This document shows positions 26,225 through 33,541 of a stretch of DNA of 33,541 bases, piece after piece. The stretch is taken from assembly GCA_900765125.1 (NCBI GenBank), contig CAAFQL010000257.1, positions 1 to 33,541 of the forward strand, in the 5' to 3' direction. How positions within the stretch are numbered: position 1 is the stretch's first letter; the number at the start of each line of letters is the position of its first letter. Both the position numbers and the translations under genes were made by a program. The stretch is from Oscillospiraceae bacterium (GTDB taxonomy: Bacteria > Bacillota > Clostridia > Oscillospirales > Ruminococcaceae). The notes beneath the pieces were generated by a model. It ran no database searches, was not told the origin of the DNA, and saw only the letters and a list, made by a program, of their open reading frames with translations.

Positions 26225-27625
26225 TCACTTGTCCTCTTCGTTTTGTTTGAATATATTCTCAGCTGTCTGCTGTTCATGAAGTTTAGCTTCCTCATTGCTT
26301 TCACCAGGGAAGATCATGGTTTTTATAGTCATCATGATTATTCTCAGGTCAAGCAGCAGGGAATACTGCTCAATATACATCATATCCATTTTCAGTTTGT
26401 CATAGGGAGATGTATCATAAAGTCCTGTTACCTGTGCATAACCCGTAAGTCCTGCCTTTACACGCAGTCTGAAATCGAATTCGGGAATATCCTGTTCATA
26501 TTTATGTGCAAGCTCAGGCCTTTCCGGTCTGGGTCCGACAACAGACATATCTCCCTTCAGGATGTTTAGAATTTGTGGGATTTCGTCAAGACGGCATTTT
26601 CGTAAGAATTTTCCTACTTTTGTTATGCGTGCATCATCCTCAGTAGCAAGCTGTGCACCGTTTTTTTCAGCATCGGGTATCATGCTGCGGAATTTATAAA
26701 CGTAAAAAAGCTTGTCATCAAGGGTAAGTCTTTCCTGTTTGTAAAGGACTGTTCCGCCGTCCTCTATCTTTATAAGGAGCGCTATAACGAGACTGACAGG
26801 CAGGCAAAACACACCTATGATAAGTGAAAACAAAAGGTCAAATATTCTTTTGACCAGACGCTGTTCGGGTGACAGGCCCTTGTTTCTGCACAGGAGAAGC
26901 GGTGTATCAAAGAGCCTTATCTCTTCTGCACCCCTTATTATAATATCTGAAATTTTCGGCGCAACATACACACGAATTTTATTTGCAAAGCAATATTTAA
27001 GAATATCATTTCTTTGCTGTCCCGGCATATCACACAGAATAACGCCCTCGTAGCGGTCTATTGCCTCCTGCATTTCTTTCAGTGAATGGTCAGCGCTTAC
27101 AGATTCGCATATCATATACTTATCGACTCTGCGGCTCATTTTAGCCACAAGTTCCGCCGCAGCTCTTTCGCCATATATTATAACAAGTTTCCTTGGGGGA
27201 AAAAGGGAGAAATAGAGCTTGTTTGTGACTATTATCCATACAGGAAGAATGGCAATATCTATGAGAGTAAGCAGGAACATGGGAATAGACTTTGCAAAGT
27301 CTCTTGCGATCAGGCTTATCTGGAAGTACGTTACCACATTTACGCAGAACATGGATAGTGACTGTGCATAGAAAGTATCAGTACGTCTTAGGTAGCCTGT
27401 TTTGAGGCCGCCGAATACGTTACTGAAAAGCAGTGTGAGTATGATATAAATAGCGATAATGACCCAGTTTCCTCTTCTGTAGAATGGAAGCATGATAGTA
27501 TCGCTGTAACACTGATACCAGACGAAGCTGAAAGCAGCAGCAAAAATCGACAGCATAGCAGCAGCGGCAAAAAGGGAATACATCCTTTTATAAGAATCCC
27601 TGTCTTTGTTTCTGTATTTCGGCAT
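26225..27625 (-). CDS. Priming undecaprenyl-phosphate glycosyl-1-phosphate transferase (WcaJ/CpsE family)
   Basis: 4 N-terminal TM segments, KRIFD, KFRSM, DARITKVGKFLRKCRLDEIPQ, GDMSVVGPRPE, GLTGYAQV. Start approximate (ATG 27625). Confidence 0.93.
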   Translation of the reverse strand: MPKYRNKDRDSYKRMYSLFAAAAMLSIFAAAFSFVWYQCYSDTIMLPFYRRGNWVIIAIYIILTLLFSNVFGGLKTGYLRRTDTFYAQSLSMFCVNVVTYFQISLIARDFAKSIPMFLLTLIDIAILPVWIIVTNKLYFSLFPPRKLVIIYGERAAAELVAKMSRRVDKYMICESVSADHSLKEMQEAIDRYEGVILCDMPGQQRNDILKYCFANKIRVYVAPKISDIIIRGAEEIRLFDTPLLLCRNKGLSPEQRLVKRIFDLLFSLIIGVFCLPVSLVIALLIKIEDGGTVLYKQERLTLDDKLFYVYKFRSMIPDAEKNGAQLATEDDARITKVGKFLRKCRLDEIPQILNILKGDMSVVGPRPERPELAHKYEQDIPEFDFRLRVKAGLTGYAQVTGLYDTSPYDKLKMDMMYIEQYSLLLDLRIIMMTIKTMIFPGESNEEAKLHEQQTAENIFKQNEEDK

Positions 27626-27696
27626 AATAACATCTACCAGCCTTATTTTCAATAAATTTCTATCCAATTTTTGGTATAAGAGGATATATATAGATT

Positions 27697-27725
27697 ATTA
27701 TATCAAAGTAACAGAAGGGTGTCAA
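27697..27725 (-). promoter_or_regulatory. Consensus sigma-A promoter of the glycan operon
   Basis: Minus strand TTGACA (27725-27720), 17-nt spacer, TATAAT (27702-27697) with extended -10 TG. Confidence 0.85.
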
Positions 27726-27807
27726 GACTTTTGAGGAGAAAGAAATAGAGGGTCAGATTGATTTAGGTCAAAAAACTTTTATTTATAAAAACAGTTTTAT
27801 AAATCCC

Positions 27808-27836
27808 TTGACAAAATGTAAAAGTTTGCATATAAT
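27808..27836 (+). promoter_or_regulatory. Consensus sigma-A promoter of the T-box/cysE-cysS operon
   Basis: TTGACA (27808-27813), 17-nt spacer, TATAAT (27831-27836). Confidence 0.88.
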
Positions 27837-27869
27837 ATATAGTAGGCAGAACCAGAGAGGTATTGCCTA

Positions 27870-28110
27870 TGTAAAAACGTAGCAGTCAGAGTAGCTTTGG
27901 AGAAACGGTTCAGAGAGTATCGGGCAGGTGTGACGATATGCGTATCCTTAGTGAAGTGCGGCTGTCAGTTGGTGCGGGGAAAGCTTTTGCCGTGTATCCG
28001 TACTCGTCACGCCTGCGTTAAAGGTTTTGAGTTATAAATCAGAGTGGAACCGTGGCTTATAAGCCGCCTCTGGGTGAATGTTTTTTCTGCATCACCAGAG
28101 GCTTTTTTAT
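27870..28110 (+). ncRNA. T-box riboswitch with Cys (UGC) specifier and terminator
   Basis: AGTAG, CAGAGAG box, GGTGTGA loop, GAAG-TGC specifier (27957-27959), T-box AATCAGAGTGGAACCGTG (28037-28054), terminator GCCTCTGG...CCAGAGGC-TTTTTT. Directly upstream of cysE-cysS. Confidence 0.93.
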
Positions 28111-28133
28111 TGTCGATGAAAGGCGGTGCTTTC

Positions 28134-28826
28134 TTGTTCCGTAAACTAAGGGAAGATATTGCTGTTGTTAAAGAGAAAGACCCTGCTGCAAGAAGCAGCT
28201 TTGAAATACTTCTCACCTATTCAGGGCTAAAAGCTGTACGAAGCTATCGTAAGGCACATTGGTTTTATAAGCACAAAATGTTCACTATTGCACGTATTAT
28301 ATCACAGCGTTCACGGCATAAAACAGGTATTGAGATACATCCTGGCGCTGAAATAGGCAAAGGTCTTTTTATTGACCACGGTATGGGCGTTGTTATAGGA
28401 GAAACTACTATAATAGGTGATAACTGTCTTTTGTATCAGGGGGTGACCCTTGGCGGTACAGGTAAGGATAAGGGCAAACGTCATCCTACACTTGGAAATA
28501 ATGTAATGGTAGGTGCTGGAGCAAAGGTTCTGGGACCTATAGAAATAGGTGATAATGTAAAGGTTGCCGCAAATGCTGTTGTGCTGAAAGATATTCCAAA
28601 AAACTGTACGGCAGTTGGCGTTCCTGCACGTGTGGCAGTTCGTAACGGTGTTAAGGTAGAGCAGGATCTTGACCAGATCCATTACCCCGATCTTACGATG
28701 CAGGACATCACCGAACTGCGCTGCGGTATGAAGCAGCTTAAAACTGAGGTTGATTTCTTGGAGCATCAATACGAGCTGGAACATGAATGTCATAATAAAG
28801 AACAGGAATATAAATCCGAAAAATAA
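28134..28826 (+). CDS. cysE: Serine O-acetyltransferase
   Basis: [54 protein letters not shown] start at 28134 after AAGGCGG; the track start lies inside the T-box. Confidence 0.96.
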   Translation: MFRKLREDIAVVKEKDPAARSSFEILLTYSGLKAVRSYRKAHWFYKHKMFTIARIISQRSRHKTGIEIHPGAEIGKGLFIDHGMGVVIGETTIIGDNCLLYQGVTLGGTGKDKGKRHPTLGNNVMVGAGAKVLGPIEIGDNVKVAANAVVLKDIPKNCTAVGVPARVAVRNGVKVEQDLDQIHYPDLTMQDITELRCGMKQLKTEVDFLEHQYELEHECHNKEQEYKSEK

Positions 28827-28840
28827 AGGAGAGTACAAAA

Positions 28841-30235
28841 ATGAAGATCTATAACACCATGTCGAGAAAAATCGAAGAGCTTGTTCCTATGGAAGAAAAT
28901 CATATGCGCATTTATGCCTGCGGGCCTACAGTGTATAACTATATTCATATAGGAAATGCCCGTCCTATCTGCGCATTTGACGTTCTTCGCCGTTACCTTA
29001 AATATAAAGGATATAAAGTAACATATGTTCAGAACTTTACCGACGTTGACGATAAGATCATTCGACGTGCCAATGAAGAGGGCATTCCGTCTATTGAGGT
29101 TTCTGAGAAATATATCGCTGAATATAAAAAAGATGCTCATGGACTTAATGTAATGGACGCAGATATTCATCCAAAGGTTACAGAGAGTATGGATCTTATT
29201 ATTGATATTGTTAAAAAGCTTGTTGAATCAGGTCATGCATATGAAAAGAATGGCGATGTATATTTTCGTACACGATCATTCCCGGAGTACGGCAAGCTTT
29301 CCGGTCAGCCTATTGAAGAATTGCAGGCCGGTGCACGTATTGATGTAAATGATATAAAGGAGGATCCGCTTGACTTTGCCGTCTGGAAAAGTGCTAAACC
29401 CGGTGAACCGTACTGGGAATCACCGTGGGGACAGGGAAGACCCGGCTGGCATATTGAGTGTTCTGCTATGTCAAGCCATTACCTGGGAGAAACTCTCGAT
29501 ATTCACTGCGGCGGTCAGGATCTCATCTTTCCGCACCATGAAAACGAGATAGCTCAGAGTGAAGCTGCGTCAGGCAAACAGTTCTCACACTACTGGATGC
29601 ACAACGGTTATATCAATATAGACAATAAGAAAATGTCCAAATCTCTTGGTAATTTCTTCACTGTACGTGAAGTGGCAGAGAAATACGGATACGAGGTTAT
29701 CCGTTATATGATGGTTCAGGCTCATTATAGAAGCCCTATCAATTATTGTAAGGAACTGCTTGATGCCTGCAAGGCATCTCTTGAAAGACTCTATACTTGT
29801 CGTGATACTATCGACCGTGCAGCAGCTGCGGCAGCCAACGGTGAAGTTACAGCTGAGGCAAAGGAGATATTTGCAAAGAGAAGAACACAGTTCGAGGCTG
29901 CTATGGACGAAGATCTTAATACAGCTGATGCGGTTACAGCACTCTTTGAGTTGGCAAGAGATCTAAACAAAATGAGCGCAGACAGCATCGTTTCAAAGGA
30001 ACAGCTTCTTGCAGGTGCTGAACTTTTTGATACAATGACAGAAGTTCTGGGTATTCTCTATAATCGCAAAAAGGCAGATGAAATACCTGAAGAAGTAAAA
30101 ACTCTTGCAGAAAAGAGGGCAGAGGCAAGAAAGGCTAAAGATTTTACACTGGCTGATAAGCTCCGTGATGAAATCGCAGCTCTTGGCTGGCAGATAAAGG
30201 AAACAAGACAGGGAACCGAAATCACAAAGCTTTAA
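28841..30235 (+). CDS. cysS: Cysteine--tRNA ligase
   Basis: CGPTVY, HIGN, NFTDVDDKII, GRPGWHIECSAM, DLIFPHHENE, KMSKS. Confidence 0.99.
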   Translation: MKIYNTMSRKIEELVPMEENHMRIYACGPTVYNYIHIGNARPICAFDVLRRYLKYKGYKVTYVQNFTDVDDKIIRRANEEGIPSIEVSEKYIAEYKKDAHGLNVMDADIHPKVTESMDLIIDIVKKLVESGHAYEKNGDVYFRTRSFPEYGKLSGQPIEELQAGARIDVNDIKEDPLDFAVWKSAKPGEPYWESPWGQGRPGWHIECSAMSSHYLGETLDIHCGGQDLIFPHHENEIAQSEAASGKQFSHYWMHNGYINIDNKKMSKSLGNFFTVREVAEKYGYEVIRYMMVQAHYRSPINYCKELLDACKASLERLYTCRDTIDRAAAAAANGEVTAEAKEIFAKRRTQFEAAMDEDLNTADAVTALFELARDLNKMSADSIVSKEQLLAGAELFDTMTEVLGILYNRKKADEIPEEVKTLAEKRAEARKAKDFTLADKLRDEIAALGWQIKETRQGTEITKL

Positions 30236-30249
30236 GGAGAAAATAAAAT

Positions 30250-31098
30250 ATGGGCGGACAGAACAGATCCGGATTAAAAAGAATGACCATTCTGGTGCTC
30301 ATTATGGCTGCACTTAGTCTTACGCTGTTTTCATGCAGTACCTATTGCGGTCAGAACAGGTATCATTATTTAGATATGTCAGAGGCACAGCTCCGTCAGC
30401 TTGAAGAGCCGTCAAGTGACGCACCTGCGGCAGTTATTCATACTACAATGGGCGATATAACGGCGGTTCTTTATCCAGAGGAAGCCCCTGTTTATGTTGA
30501 ACAGTTTACCAGACTTGCAAAAGAAGGCTACTATGACGGAACCTATGTATTTCAGGTACAGAAGGATGTTTATTTTTCTGCAGGAACTCCTGATAATACA
30601 GGAAAGCTGAATGGTTCTCTTGAAGCTTCTCCGCAGGAGAATGTTGCTGCTGAAACATCAGCAAATCTGTGGCCTTTTCGTGGAGCGCTCTGCGTTCCGC
30701 TGACAGGTCACGACAGAAGCTTCTGGCATAACCTTTTCGGAGATGCAGTTGACTACTGCGGAACACGTTTTCTGGTGTGCAATTCCATTGAGTTTGATGA
30801 TGAGATAAAGGCAGGTCTTGAAGAGATAGACGAAGCTGCCAAGAACGTTACAGACGCATTTATGGAAAAAGGCGGCGTTCCGAATTACGCTCAGCAGATG
30901 ACTGTTTTTGGTCAGGCTTATGGTGATGAAAGCTTTGAAACTATTGATAAGATCACCGCAGCAGCAGTAAAGGCAGCAGATCCAGAAAGTAAATATACCG
31001 CACCTGTCGATGATATTATCATAGAACAAATTGAGATAACAACCTGGGGTGAAGTATCGGCAATTGTCGATAAATCTGCTGAAAATGCAAATACGTAA
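30250..31098 (+). CDS. Cyclophilin-fold (PPIase-like) lipoprotein with degenerate active-site motifs
   Basis: Lipobox LFS-C, IHTTMGDITAVLYPEEAP, GYYDG, FRGAL, GGVP, TVFGQ. AAGGAG RBS. Confidence 0.8.
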   Translation: MGGQNRSGLKRMTILVLIMAALSLTLFSCSTYCGQNRYHYLDMSEAQLRQLEEPSSDAPAAVIHTTMGDITAVLYPEEAPVYVEQFTRLAKEGYYDGTYVFQVQKDVYFSAGTPDNTGKLNGSLEASPQENVAAETSANLWPFRGALCVPLTGHDRSFWHNLFGDAVDYCGTRFLVCNSIEFDDEIKAGLEEIDEAAKNVTDAFMEKGGVPNYAQQMTVFGQAYGDESFETIDKITAAAVKAADPESKYTAPVDDIIIEQIEITTWGEVSAIVDKSAENANT

Positions 31099-31169
31099 AA
31101 AATACAGCGTGTTTTTTTGTTTATATTGGAATATAATAACAAATTAAGAAAATCCTCTTATTATAGCAC

Positions 31170-31198
31170 TTTACAAATAATAAAAAGTGGTGTATAAT
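31170..31198 (+). promoter_or_regulatory. Probable sigma-A promoter upstream of murA
   Basis: TTTACA (31170-31175), 17-nt spacer, TATAAT (31193-31198). Confidence 0.7.
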
Positions 31199-31453
31199 AG
31201 AAGAGTTCAATCGTAAAATAGACTTAAGAATAGATATATAAATAATAAACAGATAGATTTTTGGAAAAAGTTGATCAAGAAAGAAACAAAAGCTAAGGCA
31301 ACGCAGATAATATAGCTGTGCCTGACATGAAAGCAGATGCTTTTAATGAAGAGACAGAGCGGCAGTTCATTATTGCATATGAATAAAGAAAAGCAGGAAT
31401 GTTTGCTGCTTACTTTAATATAGCGTCTGCTGCAACTAAGGAGAGAAAACGTT

Positions 31454-32743
31454 TTGGAGAAATATGTAATTCGTGGCGGACGGCGTCTGTCCGGTGAGAT
31501 TGAAGTCAGTGGTGCGAAAAATGCGGCGGTGGCACTTATACCGGCTGTTCTGCTGTGTGATGAACCATGTGTTCTGGAGAATGTACCTGACATCAGCGAT
31601 GTATCTATGAGCCTGCGCATCATGTATGAAATGGGTGCAAAGGTGGAGTATATTGACAAGACAACAGTGCGTATTTCCGCAGAGGGACTTAAAAACTTTT
31701 GTGTACCTTATGAAAGCGCACGCCGAATGAGGGCTTCCTATTATTTCTTGGGGGCACTTTTAGGCAGGTTTTCCAAGGCAAGGGTATCCATGCCGGGAGG
31801 ATGTCCTTTAGGGGACAGACCTATTGACCAACATCTGAAAGCATTTTCCGCATTGGGCGCAAAATGCAATATCGAATACGGAATGGTTGACCTGTATGCC
31901 GATGAGCTGAAAGGCTCTCAGATCTACTTAGATGTTGTATCAGTAGGTGCAACTATGAACGCTTTGCTTGCGGCAGTTCGTGCGGAAGGTCTTACTGTTA
32001 TTGAGAACGCTGCAAAAGAACCTCATATCGTAGACCTTGCAAATTTCCTCAATTCAATGGGTGCAGATATTATGGGTGCCGGTACTGATGTTATTAAAGT
32101 TCGTGGAGTTAAATATCTCCACGGAACTACTTATTCCGTAGTACCCGATCAGATAGAAGCCGGTACATTTATGGTTGCTGCTGCTGCTACAGGCGGCGAT
32201 GTTATCATAAAGAACGTTATCCCGAAGCACTTAGAGCCTATTACATCAAAGCTCCGTAAGATCGGCGTAAATGTAGATGAGTATGATGACAGTATAAGAG
32301 TCTGGGTAGACGGTCCGCTGGTACGTACAAATATCAAGACAATGCCGCATCCTGGATTTCCTACAGATATGCAGCCACAGATGGCAACTCTTCTGACGCT
32401 TGCAGAAGGTACAAGCATCGTTACCGAGGGCGTTTGGGAACAGCGTTTCCGTTATGTGGATGAACTGAGAAGAATGGGCGCAGATATTTCCGTTGACGGA
32501 AAGGTCGCCGTAATTGAGGGTACGGGAAAACTTACCGGTGCACCGGTCAAAGCCTGTGACCTGAGAGCAGGAGCTGCACTTATTATTGCTGGATTGGCGG
32601 CAAAGGGTATTACTGAGATAGAGGATATATTCCACATTGAAAGAGGATATGGCGGACTGGTTGAAAAGCTGCGTCATGTAGGAGCTGATATTGAGAAGGT
32701 TTCAACTCCGGTTGCAACAATGCGTGAAGCTGTGTCGGGCTGA
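31454..32743 (+). CDS. murA: UDP-N-acetylglucosamine 1-carboxyvinyltransferase (MurAB/MurZ-like paralogue)
   Basis: SGAKNA, RASYYFLGALL, PGGCPLGDRPIDQH (active-site Cys retained), SVGAT, EPHIVDLA, PGFPTDMQ, DLRAGAAL, IERGY. TTG start after AAGGAG. Confidence 0.97.
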   Translation: MEKYVIRGGRRLSGEIEVSGAKNAAVALIPAVLLCDEPCVLENVPDISDVSMSLRIMYEMGAKVEYIDKTTVRISAEGLKNFCVPYESARRMRASYYFLGALLGRFSKARVSMPGGCPLGDRPIDQHLKAFSALGAKCNIEYGMVDLYADELKGSQIYLDVVSVGATMNALLAAVRAEGLTVIENAAKEPHIVDLANFLNSMGADIMGAGTDVIKVRGVKYLHGTTYSVVPDQIEAGTFMVAAAATGGDVIIKNVIPKHLEPITSKLRKIGVNVDEYDDSIRVWVDGPLVRTNIKTMPHPGFPTDMQPQMATLLTLAEGTSIVTEGVWEQRFRYVDELRRMGADISVDGKVAVIEGTGKLTGAPVKACDLRAGAALIIAGLAAKGITEIEDIFHIERGYGGLVEKLRHVGADIEKVSTPVATMREAVSG

Positions 32744-32762
32744 ATATAATTAAAGTTAAAAT

Positions 32763-32805
32763 AAAAAAAGTCTGCTGTGAAACTAATATCACAGCAGGCT
32801 TTTTT
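32763..32805. terminator. Bidirectional intrinsic terminator
   Basis: AAAAAAGTCTGCTGTGA / TCACAGCAGGCTTTTTT between convergent genes. Confidence 0.85.
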
Positions 32806-32860
32806 ATAATATATGAACAATCTCTCTCTTAAAATTTACTCTCTTCTAATTTTTTCAAAT

Positions 32861-33541
32861 TTAACCACTATAGAAAACATAGTAATTTGATTGACCTATA
32901 TACTGTACTGCAAATCCCTTCTCTATTGGAACGTTTTTCAGCTCGTATATCAGGACTGTGTAAACCTTGTTTGTTTCGTAATTCACCGCAGCTCCCGATC
33001 CTAAGAAACTATTGATATTATCATAAGACGTTTCGGTATAATCGGTGCTGTAACTAATACCAGCCCACATTATACTGCGGAAATCAAAGAGATTTCCGTA
33101 AAGACTGTTGCCTGTTGAATTCGATTCATCAGAAGTTTTCGTATGATCTGTACTTTCAGTTAATGTGGTAGTATTGGCAGGATTTTCAGTTGTTTTAACC
33201 GAGATGGTAGCAGCTGTAGTTTCTGCCATAGTAGTCGTTAAAACATCAGCGGTTTTTTGTGACATGACAGTTCCTGTAAATGATATTTCTGTCTTTACGG
33301 TTTCTGCAATGCAGCCTGTTGTCACTGTTGCAAATGCAGGCATACCTCCGCTTTTCTTCATAGTCAAAGCCGTCTCAGAAGCCTGCGTGACAGGTTCTGT
33401 AATAGCAGTACTTGTGAGTGTATTTGCATTTTCACAGAAAGGCTGAGTTCCAACAAAATTGTCCGTTTTGTCATTGTTTAAAAGCCCCGGATTCAAAAGT
33501 GTAATTGCAAAAGCTGCTGCACAAGCCATAGCCGCTGTGCA
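32861..33541 (-). CDS. Membrane-anchored Thr-rich hypothetical protein, N-terminus outside the window
   Basis: Frame is open to the window edge (CTAAMACAAAFAITLL, hydrophobic), followed by a Thr-rich linker and a small aromatic-rich C-terminal domain. Confidence 0.7.
   Translation of the reverse strand, partial: CTAAMACAAAFAITLLNPGLLNNDKTDNFVGTQPFCENANTLTSTAITEPVTQASETALTMKKSGGMPAFATVTTGCIAETVKTEISFTGTVMSQKTADVLTTTMAETTAATISVKTTENPANTTTLTESTDHTKTSDESNSTGNSLYGNLFDFRSIMWAGISYSTDYTETSYDNINSFLGSGAAVNYETNKVYTVLIYELKNVPIEKGFAVQYIGQSNYYVFYSG

Noticed and set aside
31207..31659. 150-aa minus-strand ORF
   Set aside because: Overlaps murA and its leader in antisense, with no motifs.

Overview
Chromosomal window from a low-GC Firmicute, probably Ruminococcus-like (dockerin domain, T-box leader, consensus sigma-A promoters; the taxonomy is inference). 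It is mostly cell-envelope and central-metabolism genes. In order: the 3' part of glmS followed by three tandem BspA/TpLRR surface proteins; a minus-strand operon (69-aa protein, sigma-70 region-4-only protein, PLP decarboxylase); an LtaS-like sulfatase and an FlK-type thioesterase; glgP; a secreted lysozyme-like/SH3b/dockerin protein behind a ~335-nt structured leader; Sfp-type PPTase, membrane GDPD and citrate synthase; pspA with an uncalled 51-aa membrane protein; a probable GDP-D-rhamnose glycan locus (priming transferase, manC, gmd, two GT4s, rmd, coiled-coil protein); a Cys T-box with cysE-cysS and a degenerate cyclophilin lipoprotein; murA; and a truncated Thr-rich membrane protein. I saw no CRISPR array, rRNA, tRNA, intact transposase or prophage. 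The best leads are the structured leader at 13555-13889 with its dockerin-bearing putative muramidase, the hidden pspA partner gene, a 49-bp palindromic element flanked by TAA repeats, the operator-studded promoter of the possible split sigma pair, and a highly structured intergenic region at 10304-10600. All calls are by-eye motif recognition; no searches or folding were run.
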